A stretch of 64,000 nt of DNA, from assembly GCA_001799795.1 (NCBI GenBank), contig MGUD01000016.1, positions 2,105 to 66,104 on the forward strand, read 5' to 3'. Under the pieces are notes generated by a model, which was given only the letters and a program-made list of their open reading frames with translations, did not search any database and was not told the DNA's origin. Position 1 is the first letter of the stretch. Each line of letters starts with the position of its first letter. This document shows positions 54,946-63,548 of the stretch, piece by piece. Source of the DNA: Elusimicrobia bacterium GWC2_61_19 (GTDB lineage Bacteria; Elusimicrobiota; Elusimicrobia; Elusimicrobiales; UBA9959). Made by a program: the position numbers and the translations under genes.

Positions 54946-55456
54946 GCCTACCCTCCAGCGCTTTCATGGCGTCGCGCAGCCGGGCCGCGCCTTCGAAATC
55001 TTCCCTTGCCACGGCGACCTTAAGGTCAGCGCGCAGTTCCTCCAGGCGCCGGGCGACTTCGGACTTGGACAGCTTAAGCGAGGCCCCCCCGTCGTAACTC
55101 CGGCCCGCGTGCTGCGAGGCCCCGTGGATGCGGGTCATAAGCTCGGTCAGCTGCACGGCGAAGCCGTCGTAACAGTCGGGGCAGCCGAGGCGGCCGGTTT
55201 CTTTGAATTCGGAATACTTCAGGCCGCAGCTCCGGCAGCGCAGGGTTTTACGCTCGGGCGGCAGGAAATCCTTAAAATAGCCGCTCATGTTGCCGACTAT
55301 GTCGGAAATATTGAAAGCGCCGGCCTCGAGGCCCAGCCCGATGCCTTTTTTGGCCGCGCAGGCCGGACAGAGGTGGGTTTCTGTGACCTTGTTGTTCACG
55401 GCCAGCTTCAGGAAGACGGCCGCCGCGGCCTTATTGCACTCCTCGCAAAGTTTCAT
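54938..55456 (-). CDS. mcsA: McsA-like activator of protein arginine kinase (zinc-ribbon CxxC pairs + UVR motif)
   Basis: 172 aa. CEECNK...CPAC and CRSCG...CPDC. C-terminal UVR-like EDFEGAARLRD. Confidence 0.8.
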   Translation of the reverse strand: MKLCEECNKAAAAVFLKLAVNNKVTETHLCPACAAKKGIGLGLEAGAFNISDIVGNMSGYFKDFLPPERKTLRCRSCGLKYSEFKETGRLGCPDCYDGFAVQLTELMTRIHGASQHAGRSYDGGASLKLSKSEVARRLEELRADLKVAVAREDFEGAARLRDAMKALEGRHG

Positions 55457-56115
55457 GCGGTTAATTTCCCGCCAGCCATGCGCAGCGCACGGTCGGCCCG
55501 GCGGGCCGCTTCCTCGTTGTGGGTGACCATCAGCACCGCCGTCCCCATGTCGGCGGCGCGCCTCAGGTCGTCGAGGATCACGCCGGAATTGTGGCGGTCA
55601 AGGTTGCCGGTGGGTTCGTCGGCGATCAGCAGGGCGGGGGTGTTGCACAGGGCCCTCAGCATGGCCGCGCGCTGCTTTTCCCCGCCCGAGATCTCCATCG
55701 GGAACTTTCCCGCTATTACTTCCAGGCCGAACCGTTCGAGCAGTTCCAGGCCGCGCCCCTTGGCCGGGGAGCCCAGCACGCGGGCCGGCATCTCGATGTT
55801 CTCAAGGATGGTGAACTCCGGCAGCAGCGAGTCGAACTGGAACACGAAGCCCACGTTCTTAAGCCGCAGCACGGCCTTCTCGGCTTCGTCCATGTCCTCC
55901 AGGCGCTTACCGAACAGCCGGATCTCGCCGCTGTAGACGTCGTCGAGCAGACCGACGATATTGAGGAAAGTGGATTTGCCGGAACCGGAGGGCCCCACTA
56001 TGGAGACGAATTCGCCTTTGGAAATGGAGAAATCCAGGTTCTCCAGCACAAGTATCTGCTCGTGCCCCTGCGTATAGGCCTTGCTCAGGCCTTCTATCTC
56101 GACGATCTTATCCAT
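55453..56115 (-). CDS. lolD: ABC transporter ATP-binding protein, LolD-type
   Basis: 220 aa. Walker A GPSGSGKST, signature ISGGEKQR, Walker B LLIADEPTGNLD. Confidence 0.85.
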   Translation of the reverse strand: MDKIVEIEGLSKAYTQGHEQILVLENLDFSISKGEFVSIVGPSGSGKSTFLNIVGLLDDVYSGEIRLFGKRLEDMDEAEKAVLRLKNVGFVFQFDSLLPEFTILENIEMPARVLGSPAKGRGLELLERFGLEVIAGKFPMEISGGEKQRAAMLRALCNTPALLIADEPTGNLDRHNSGVILDDLRRAADMGTAVLMVTHNEEAARRADRALRMAGGKLTA

Positions 56116-57334
56116 AGCGTATAGCGTCCACCGGGCTCACCCTGGAAGCGCGCAGGGCCGGGTAAATGGCGCTGAGCATGCAAAGGAGGTAGCTTACCCC
56201 GGCGGTGGCCAGGATATCGCGGACTTTAAGCTCCACCGGGACCTTCGTAATGTAATAAATGTCGGACGGCAGTTCCACCACCGGGTAGACCGAAATGAAG
56301 ACGGCGATGCCGACGCCCAGCAGCACGCCCAGGGTTATGCCGGTAACGGCGATAAGGTTGCCCTCCCAGAAGAAAACCCTCCGGATGAAGCCGGGCCCCG
56401 CGCCCATGGCCCGCAGGATGCCGATGTCGCGCAGCTTTTCCACGCTCATCATCAGCAGGTTGGAAGCGATATTAAAAGTGGCCACCAGGATTATAAGCGC
56501 CAGCACCAGGGTCATCACGAATTTTTCCAGCTTAAGCGCGGCAAAAAGCGTCTGGTTCATGTCGGCGTAGGTTTTCACATTATAAGAGAAGCCCAGGGCT
56601 TTGCGCAGGTCCGCCGCCGCCGGCCCCGCCGTTTTAATGTTCTTGAGGCGTATCCCCACCCCGTTGGCCCCGCCGCCCAGCCCGAAGAAATCCGCGGCCG
56701 CCCCGAGCGAGCAGTAAGCCATGGTGTTGTCGAATTCGTAGTAACCCGTGCGCACGAGCCCCGCCACCTTGAATTTTTTCATCTTGGGCAGCAGGCCCAT
56801 CCCGGTGGAGGTTCCCTGCGGCGAGACCAGCACGGCCTCGTCCCCCACCCACAAACCCAGGTTCTTGGCCAGTTCCTCTCCCAGTATCACGCCCTGCGGC
56901 GCCCCGGCGGCGGGTTTGACCAGCCCTTCCCAGGAACCGCGCACCAGGGAATTCTTAAGATTATTGACGGTAAACTCACCGGCGGGATCGAGGCCTTTTA
57001 CCACTACGCCGGTGGACCGGTTGTCGAAGGTGAGGATGGCCTGCCCCAGCACGAAGGGCGACAGGGCCGCCACGCGGGCGTCGCGGCCGAGTTCGGCGCG
57101 GACCACGTCCAGGTCGCGCGGCTGCATGCGGCCGTACACGGTGATATGCGCCTGGGCGTCGATTATTTTCTTTTTGATGTCGGACTGAAAGCCGTCCATG
57201 ATGGCCAGCGTTACTATCAGCGCGGCTACGCCCAGCGCCACCCCGGCCACGCCTATGAACGTGGTGATCATGGCGAAGAGGCCTTTGCGTTTGGCAAGCA
57301 GGTAGCGACGTGCGATAAAGAATTCTGTGGACAT
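56108..57334 (-). CDS. lolC: Lipoprotein-releasing system permease (LolC/LolE family, FtsX fold)
   Basis: ATG 57334 chosen (MSTEFFIARRYLLAKRKG...). The 36-codon extension in the ORF track is Arg/Gly-rich. MacB/FtsX-type topology. No Shine-Dalgarno visible upstream. Confidence 0.8.
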   Translation of the reverse strand: MSTEFFIARRYLLAKRKGLFAMITTFIGVAGVALGVAALIVTLAIMDGFQSDIKKKIIDAQAHITVYGRMQPRDLDVVRAELGRDARVAALSPFVLGQAILTFDNRSTGVVVKGLDPAGEFTVNNLKNSLVRGSWEGLVKPAAGAPQGVILGEELAKNLGLWVGDEAVLVSPQGTSTGMGLLPKMKKFKVAGLVRTGYYEFDNTMAYCSLGAAADFFGLGGGANGVGIRLKNIKTAGPAAADLRKALGFSYNVKTYADMNQTLFAALKLEKFVMTLVLALIILVATFNIASNLLMMSVEKLRDIGILRAMGAGPGFIRRVFFWEGNLIAVTGITLGVLLGVGIAVFISVYPVVELPSDIYYITKVPVELKVRDILATAGVSYLLCMLSAIYPALRASRVSPVDAIRYG

Positions 57335-57356
57335 AAACAGGGTTAAATCTAGTGAA

Positions 57357-57491
57357 CCAGGCGACACGGGGACCGGAACGCAAAAACGTGGTCTCGCACA
57401 CCGTGCTCGCCACTCCCCGCCTCGCCCTCCGCGCTTACGCAAGCGTCGGGCTCCGGCAGGGTTTTGCTAACCCGGTCCCCGTATCGCCTGG
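57357..57491 (-). other. Candidate structured RNA / cis-regulatory leader (or MITE-like inverted repeat) in the lysS-lolC intergenic region
   Basis: 20-nt arms ccaggcgacacggggaccgg (57357-57376) and ccggtccccgtatcgcctgg (57472-57491). The single non-complementary position is a G-U wobble in the minus-strand transcript but a C-A mismatch on the plus strand. An inner helix GCAAAA/UUUUGC and two internal hairpins are readable. Confidence 0.4.
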
Positions 57492-57530
57492 GGAACCTTA
57501 CCAATGGTCGGTCGCACCCGCGCTTTAACG

Positions 57531-59033
57531 CTACTGCTTAGCGGTATCGGTATCCGGGCGCAGCAGCGGGAACAGTATGACTTCCCGGATGGAGGGCTTG
57601 CCGTTCATCAGCATGCACAGGCGGTCGATGCCGATGCCTATGCCGCCCATGGGGGGCATGCCGTATTCCATCGCTTCTATGAAATCCTTGTCGAGGATGT
57701 CGGCTTCGCCGTTGTTCTCTTCTTTCTGCTGGCGCAGCTGTTCGACCAGGCGGCTTTTCTGGTCTTCGGGGTCGTTCAGCTCGGAGTAGGCGTTGGCTAT
57801 TTCCTCGGTGCCGGCGAAGAACTCGAAGCGTTCGACCAGGCTCTCGTCGCCGGTCTTGCACTTGGCCAGCGGGGTGATGGCCGTGGGGTAATCCATGACG
57901 AAGGTGGGCTGTACCAGCGCGCCCAGGATCTTCTCGTCCATGATGCGGTCGAAGATCTTGGCGGACGTGGTGTCGGAAGCGCACTCGACGTGCAGCTTCT
58001 TGGCCAGCTTCAGCAGGTTCTCCCGGTTGAAGCCTTTACCTTTCAGCACCTCATGGATATCCTCGCCGGTCTTCTCCTTCCAGGAGTCGGGGAGGCTGAG
58101 GCGTTTAAAGGGAGGCTTGAGGTTGATGGTGTTGCCGTTGTATTCAATGGTCTCGGAGCCGAGGATTTTGATGCAGCGCTCGAAGACGCTTTCGACGAAC
58201 TCGGCCATACCGTTATAGTCGGAGTAGGCGATGTAGGCCTCGAGCGTGGTGAACTCGGGGTTGTGGCGGGTGTCCACGCCCTCGTTGCGGAACACGCGGC
58301 CTATCTCGTAGGCGCCGTCGAAGCCGCCGATCAGCAGCTTTTTCAGCGGCAGCTCGGTGGCGATGCGCATGTACAGCTCGTAGCGGTAGGCGTTATGGAA
58401 AGTGATGAAAGGGCGGGCGTTGGCGCCGCCTGCCTGCGCGCAGAGTACCGGGGTCTCCACCTCCAGGCAGCCCCGGCCGTTGAGCACGTCGCGGATGGCG
58501 GCCACTATCTGGGCGCGGCGCACAAAGATGGCGCGGGTCTCGTCGTTGGAGATCAGGTCGAGGTAGCGCTCGCGGTAGCGGGCCTCGGCGTCGGTCAGCC
58601 CGTGGAACTTCTCGGGCAGTGGGCGCACGGCCTTGGAAAGCACGGTTATCTTCTCGGCGTTGACGGTCAGCTCCCCGGTATGCGTCAGGAAAAGTTTCCC
58701 TTCCACACCCAGAAAATCGCCCACGGCCATCTGCTTCCTGAACAGCTCGTAGGCCTCTTCGCCGACGGCGTCCTTTTTTACGTAGATCTGCATCTTGCCG
58801 GTGCCGTCCTTCAGGTGCGCGAAGGTGGCCTTGCCCATCACGCGCATAAGCATCATGCGCCCGGCGATGATCACCTGCGTGTCGGCGGGCAGCTTGGAGG
58901 CTTCGGCGATCTTATGGGTCGGTTTGAAGCGGTGGGGGAACGGGTCTATGCCCTTCTCCCTTATGGCTTTTATCTTGGAATAATTGTGGGTGACTATGTC
59001 ATTGATGCCGGAATTAGGAGGGGTAGTAGTCAT
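57531..59033 (-). CDS. lysS: Lysine--tRNA ligase, class II
   Basis: 500 aa. OB-fold N-domain and class II motifs (FLEVETPVL-like CLEVETPVL, FRNEG, GIGIDRL). Confidence 0.95.
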   Translation of the reverse strand: MTTTPPNSGINDIVTHNYSKIKAIREKGIDPFPHRFKPTHKIAEASKLPADTQVIIAGRMMLMRVMGKATFAHLKDGTGKMQIYVKKDAVGEEAYELFRKQMAVGDFLGVEGKLFLTHTGELTVNAEKITVLSKAVRPLPEKFHGLTDAEARYRERYLDLISNDETRAIFVRRAQIVAAIRDVLNGRGCLEVETPVLCAQAGGANARPFITFHNAYRYELYMRIATELPLKKLLIGGFDGAYEIGRVFRNEGVDTRHNPEFTTLEAYIAYSDYNGMAEFVESVFERCIKILGSETIEYNGNTINLKPPFKRLSLPDSWKEKTGEDIHEVLKGKGFNRENLLKLAKKLHVECASDTTSAKIFDRIMDEKILGALVQPTFVMDYPTAITPLAKCKTGDESLVERFEFFAGTEEIANAYSELNDPEDQKSRLVEQLRQQKEENNGEADILDKDFIEAMEYGMPPMGGIGIGIDRLCMLMNGKPSIREVILFPLLRPDTDTAKQ

Positions 59034-59413
59034 TTTTTTGAGGCGATCGCGTCCTTTACGATTTTTACGAGGTTCTTGGGCTCAAAGGGTTTTTCCACGA
59101 AGGCGAAAATATTGGAGGAAAGTTCGAACAGGTCCTTCATCTGGCCCTTGGCGGTCAGGATAACTATCGGGATATCGCACAGCTCGTCTATCTCCTGCAG
59201 CTTGGACTGGAACGTATAACCGTCCATCTCAGGCATCATTATATCCAGGATTATGGCGTCGGGGATGATCCTGCCGGGGTCTTTGGAGGTAAGTTTATTG
59301 TAGGCTTCGAGGCCGTTATAAGCTTCGAGAACCTCCAGTTTCTCCCTCTCCATGAGCACCTTTATCAGGTACACCACGTCTTTTTCGTCGTCAACCACCA
59401 TTACCTTGGACAT
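59030..59413 (-). CDS. Single-domain response regulator (CheY-like receiver)
   Basis: 127 aa. VVDDE, phospho-acceptor context ILDIMMPEMDG, and LTAKG. The stop overlaps the lysS start (ATGA). Confidence 0.85.
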   Translation of the reverse strand: MSKVMVVDDEKDVVYLIKVLMEREKLEVLEAYNGLEAYNKLTSKDPGRIIPDAIILDIMMPEMDGYTFQSKLQEIDELCDIPIVILTAKGQMKDLFELSSNIFAFVEKPFEPKNLVKIVKDAIASKK

Positions 59414-59527
59414 AGATCTCCCGTAAAAGGCCGACCGTGCAGGGGATCGGCCGCCGGCCGGGCCCCTTATTTAAGAATCATATTATTTTACAAGATAGGC
59501 GCAAAGAAAACAAGCTGCGCCCGCGTA

Positions 59528-60208
59528 TCAGGAGCGGGTCACGGCGGCGGCGCCCGCGGCGGAGAATTTCCGGCCGCTAAAACCCCTTAACCACGCGATC
59601 ATCGCCGAAACATTGTCCGCGTTAAGTTTTTCGATATAGCAATGCTCGGCCGTCCTGCGCAGGCCTATGCGCAGCGCCGTTTCCCTGTGCCAGGCGGAGT
59701 TGTACACCCCGGCCGCGAGAAGCCTGTCGTTCACGTTCTCCAGCGTGGCGTTCTCGGCGCAGAAAACGCCGCTGGCCGCGCAAAGCCGGCGCAGCAGATC
59801 TTCGAGCACCGCGCCGGCCAGCGCAGCGGCCGAAACATAGTGCCCTTTCCCCACCATATCCTCCGCCCGGCCAAGGAGATCCTCGGCCAGCCCGGTCGGG
59901 CTGGCGGCGCGTGCCGCGCCGTGCGCGGCCGGCAGGTCGGTCTGCGCGCGCCTGAGGGTGCCGACAAAAAAAGAAAAGACGGAGCCAGGGGCGCGCATGG
60001 AGTTGCCGTTCTCTACCGCAGCCAGCTCGGTATAATAACGGCTTTCTCCGCCGAAGGCCTTCCTGACGAAAAGGAGGCAGTCATTTTTCCAGCCCGCGTA
60101 GTCCGCGTTCGGGGCAGGATGCCTGTACCAGCGATAGCGGCTGCCGGTCAGGAAATCCTCCCTGAAGGCGTTGCCTCTAGCGATAAGATCGTTCAATTTT
60201 TTTTCCAT
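59528..60208 (-). CDS. Hypothetical protein; C-terminal half possibly HEPN/DUF4145-like (Rx4H: RRTAEH)
   Basis: ATG 60208 chosen (the ORF-track start at 60232 is a TTG). 226 aa with no signal peptide or TM segment. The helical C-half contains LRIGLRRTAEH. The assignment is weak. Confidence 0.45.
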   Translation of the reverse strand: MEKKLNDLIARGNAFREDFLTGSRYRWYRHPAPNADYAGWKNDCLLFVRKAFGGESRYYTELAAVENGNSMRAPGSVFSFFVGTLRRAQTDLPAAHGAARAASPTGLAEDLLGRAEDMVGKGHYVSAAALAGAVLEDLLRRLCAASGVFCAENATLENVNDRLLAAGVYNSAWHRETALRIGLRRTAEHCYIEKLNADNVSAMIAWLRGFSGRKFSAAGAAAVTRS

Positions 60209-60323
60209 TCTCTGTCTCACGGCACGGCACAAGTCCGCACCATAATTCGAAATATAGCATAAATGCCCGCACCCCGGCTTTGACCGCGGTTAACACCCGC
60301 TTTCAGTGCTGGCTTCAAAAATG

Positions 60324-60329
60324 TAGAAT
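60324..60329 (+). promoter_or_regulatory. Candidate -10 box TAGAAT for ndk
   Basis: atgTAGAATa lies 36 nt upstream of ATG 60365. GAGGAG Shine-Dalgarno at 60355-60360. No convincing -35. Confidence 0.3.
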
Positions 60330-60364
60330 AGTTCGATTGAGACCCACCCCCTTTGAGGAGACCT

Positions 60365-60841
60365 ATGGCTATTGAAAGAACACTGGTTATCATTAAACCC
60401 GACGGCATGCAGCGGCACCTGGCCGGCCTGGCCATCGACAGACTGGAGAACACCCACCTGGAGCTCATCGGCGCCAAGATCGTCACCGTCACGGACAAGC
60501 TGGCGCGGGAGCACTACGCGCTGCTCGAGGGCACGGGGCCGTTCGTAGACAAGAAGCTCTTCGAGCACCTGATCAACTTCATCAAGGGCGAATACCACGG
60601 CGACCCCAAACGCCGTGTGCTGGCCCTCGTCTACCAGGGCGAGAACGCCGTAAAGGGTATCCGCACGGCTGTAGGCGTGACCAACCCCGAGGACGCCTCG
60701 CCCGACACCATCCGCGGCGCGTTCGGCCGCATCTGCCGCAAACACGGCTATTACGAGAACGTGGTCCACGCCTCGGGCAACCTGGAAGAGGCCGAACGCG
60801 AAATAAGCATCTGGTTCAAACCCGGGGAAATGCTGGACTGA
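60365..60841 (+). CDS. ndk: Nucleoside diphosphate kinase (with two short insertions relative to the canonical ~140-aa enzymes)
   Basis: ATG 60365 chosen (MAIERTLVIIKPDG). Active-site His context NVVHASG. Confidence 0.9.
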   Translation: MAIERTLVIIKPDGMQRHLAGLAIDRLENTHLELIGAKIVTVTDKLAREHYALLEGTGPFVDKKLFEHLINFIKGEYHGDPKRRVLALVYQGENAVKGIRTAVGVTNPEDASPDTIRGAFGRICRKHGYYENVVHASGNLEEAEREISIWFKPGEMLD

Positions 60842-60848
60842 GCCCCCC

Positions 60849-61712
60849 ATGAACGCCGGCCCCTCCCTTCTCCTGACCCTGCTGCTGCTCTACCCCTGCG
60901 CCGCCGGCGCGCAGACGGAGCGCGAGGAAGAGCGCGTCACCCTGCCTACGGAGGACGGCTGGAAGCTCAGCGGCCGCTACCTGAAAGCGGCCGACGGGGC
61001 GCCCACGCTGGTACTCATCCATACGCAAAAAAGCGACCTGACGGAATGGGAGCCGCTCTTCAAGCCTTTAAAGCGCTACGGGTTCGGCTATCTGACCTTC
61101 GACCTGCGCGGGCACGGCAACAGCTTCGTCACCCCATCCGGCTCCACCGCCACCTGGCGCGCCTTCAGCGTGGACGGACAGGACAACGACTACAATAAAA
61201 TGACGCGCGACGTGGAAGGCGCCATCGCCTACCTTTCCACCCATTCCGTCTCCGGCGGGAATATCGTGCTGGTTGGGTCGGTACTGGGCGCAAATCTGGC
61301 CATAAAGACCGCGGCCCTCCACCAGGAAATTCCCATGGTGATAGCCGTTTCCCCCGCCTTTAACGTAAACTCGGTCCTGTCCGTGAACCCGCTGCGCGCT
61401 TACGGCCGCAGGCCGATCCTGATGATAGCGGGCGCCGACCGCGCGCGCCAGTACGAGGAATTCAAGATACTCAACCACACCGCCCAGATAGCCTGCGGCA
61501 AGAACAACGTAACGGTTATCGTGGAGGCGAAAGGCTACGGCGCGGGGCTGATAACCAAGTACAACCTGCGGCGGGTGCTGGACTGGATAAAGAACCCGCG
61601 CCTGCCGGAGGTGGTGGAAGTGCCGGCCGCCGCGGCGGAGGAGCTGCCCCCCGGCGCCACACAACAGACCGAGACCCCGGAAGAGAACCGCGGCGAAATG
61701 CCGGCGTACTGA
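60849..61712 (+). CDS. Secreted alpha/beta-hydrolase-fold protein
   Basis: 287 aa. Signal MNAGPSLLLTLLLLYPCAAGAQ. FDLRGHGNS motif. The nucleophile-elbow region VGSVLGA is not a canonical GxSxG. Confidence 0.55.
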   Translation: MNAGPSLLLTLLLLYPCAAGAQTEREEERVTLPTEDGWKLSGRYLKAADGAPTLVLIHTQKSDLTEWEPLFKPLKRYGFGYLTFDLRGHGNSFVTPSGSTATWRAFSVDGQDNDYNKMTRDVEGAIAYLSTHSVSGGNIVLVGSVLGANLAIKTAALHQEIPMVIAVSPAFNVNSVLSVNPLRAYGRRPILMIAGADRARQYEEFKILNHTAQIACGKNNVTVIVEAKGYGAGLITKYNLRRVLDWIKNPRLPEVVEVPAAAAEELPPGATQQTETPEENRGEMPAY

Positions 61713-61718
61713 CAATCT

Positions 61719-62621
61719 ATGAAAAAGACCGACGCTTTCACCTACTCCAAACTGCCCACGGAGCAGAGCAACCCGCGCACCAGGGACCTGGACCGCGTAC
61801 CGCTCCGGCGGGTGCTGGAAAAACTGAACTACGAGGACGCGCTGGTGCCCCGGGCCGTGGCGAAGGCCATCCCGCAGATAGAGAAAGCGGCGCGGGCCGT
61901 CTCCAGAACCTACCTGGCCGGCGGCAGAATATATTTCATCGGCGCCGGCACGAGCGGCCGCCTGGGCGTGCTGGAAGCCGCTGAGATCCCCCCCACCTAC
62001 GGCGTGGGGGCCGATGTGTTCACCGCCCTGATGGCCGGCGGCAAGGACGCCGTCTTCCTGTCCAAAGAAGGCGCCGAGGACGTTTTTGAGAACGGCAGGC
62101 GCGAGATAGCCGGGCTGGCCCGGCGCGGCGACACCGTAGTAGGCATCGCCGCCAGCGGCATCACCCCTTACGTACAGGGCGGCCTGGCAGCCGGCAAAAA
62201 AGCCGGCGCCGTGACCGTGCTGGTCACCTGCAACCCCAGGGAGAAGGCGAAAGAAGCCGCCATCCGCGTGACTCTCGACGTGGGCCCCGAACCGGTCTCG
62301 GGCTCGACGCGCATGAAATCCGGCACCGCCACCAAACTCGCCCTGAACATGCTCTCGACCGCCTCCATGGTGATCTCCGGCAAGGTCTACCGCAACTGGA
62401 TGGTGGACGTGAAGACCACCTCCAAAAAGCTTGTGCTCCGCGCGGAGCGCATTACCGCCACCGTGGGCGGCGTCGGCCGGGAGGAAGCGCGCCGCCTGCT
62501 GGATCTGACCGGCAACGACGTGAAGACGGCCATCGTAATGGCGCGCCTCGGCGTCACCAAAGAGGCCGCGGCCGCGCGCATAAAAAAAGCCGGGGGCTTC
62601 CTTAAAAATATCCTGGGCTAG
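61719..62621 (+). CDS. murQ: N-acetylmuramic acid 6-phosphate etherase
   Basis: 300 aa. TEQSNPRTRDLD and GAGTSGRLG motifs. Confidence 0.9.
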   Translation: MKKTDAFTYSKLPTEQSNPRTRDLDRVPLRRVLEKLNYEDALVPRAVAKAIPQIEKAARAVSRTYLAGGRIYFIGAGTSGRLGVLEAAEIPPTYGVGADVFTALMAGGKDAVFLSKEGAEDVFENGRREIAGLARRGDTVVGIAASGITPYVQGGLAAGKKAGAVTVLVTCNPREKAKEAAIRVTLDVGPEPVSGSTRMKSGTATKLALNMLSTASMVISGKVYRNWMVDVKTTSKKLVLRAERITATVGGVGREEARRLLDLTGNDVKTAIVMARLGVTKEAAAARIKKAGGFLKNILG

Positions 62622-62627
62622 CTTCAT

Positions 62628-63548
62628 ATGATAAAATTCCTTTCCTCCCTGCGCCTGTTCTTCGCCGTAACCCTGGCGCTGGGCGCGGTCCTGATCTACC
62701 AGACCCTTTTCAACCGCGGCGCGCCAGTGTACGGCACGCCCTGGTTCGCGGCGCTCGGCGTGCTGGCGGCGGCGAACATTGCCGCCTGCGCCCTCGGCCG
62801 CGCCAGAACGGCCTCGGCCCGGTTCCTTCTGCTCCACACGGGGCTGGTAGTTATCATCCTCGGGGCCTTCCTCACGCGTTTCTACCGCTTCGAAGCCGAA
62901 CTCCCGCTGCGCGCCGGAGAAACTACGGACACCGCGTACGCCGGCACCGCCGCCTATAAGCTGCCCTTTTCCGTCACCCTCGAAGATTTCAGCCTGGAAT
63001 ACTACGCGGAACCGCTCGGCCGGATAACGGTGGAAACGGACGGCTCGCGCGAAGTGTTCGACGCCAAAGAGGGCACGGTCATAGAGGTCCCGGGCCTCGC
63101 CCCCATAAAAGTGCTGCGCGCCGTCCGCGATTTCGGCCTGACAGCCGGTAACAAGGTCATAGAGAAATCACCCTACTGGCACAACCCGGCCGTGCAGCTG
63201 GAGCTCAAGTCCGGCGGCAAAACCAGGAAACTCTGGTTCTTCAGCAATTTCCCGGCCATGCACGCCCAGACCCTGCCCTTCGGAGTTTTTTACGCCGTAG
63301 AACAGGCGGAGATCAAGAACTTTACCAGCGCCGTGGCGCTCAAGACCGCCGCGGGACGTGAACTGAAGGCGAAAATATCGGTGAACAGGCCTTTCAAAGT
63401 GGACGGGTACACGCTGTACCAGACGAGTTATGACCCCGCCGAAGCCGGCTACAGCCTGCTCACCGCCACCCTCGACCGCGGCGCGTGGGTCGTCTACGCC
63501 GGCTTCGCGATGCTGCTGATGGGAGTACTTTTATGGCTGCGCAAATAA
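62628..63548 (+). CDS. resB: Cytochrome c biogenesis protein ResB/CcsB (short form)
   Basis: 306 aa. N-terminal TM pair, a soluble domain and a C-terminal TM helix. Directly followed by, and overlapping, ccsA. Confidence 0.65.
   Translation: MIKFLSSLRLFFAVTLALGAVLIYQTLFNRGAPVYGTPWFAALGVLAAANIAACALGRARTASARFLLLHTGLVVIILGAFLTRFYRFEAELPLRAGETTDTAYAGTAAYKLPFSVTLEDFSLEYYAEPLGRITVETDGSREVFDAKEGTVIEVPGLAPIKVLRAVRDFGLTAGNKVIEKSPYWHNPAVQLELKSGGKTRKLWFFSNFPAMHAQTLPFGVFYAVEQAEIKNFTSAVALKTAAGRELKAKISVNRPFKVDGYTLYQTSYDPAEAGYSLLTATLDRGAWVVYAGFAMLLMGVLLWLRK

Noticed and set aside
61068-62837. 589-aa minus-strand ORF opposite the hydrolase, murQ and resB genes
   Set aside because: It is a shadow ORF. murQ on the plus strand is unambiguous, and the antisense product is G/A/R/H-rich low-complexity sequence.
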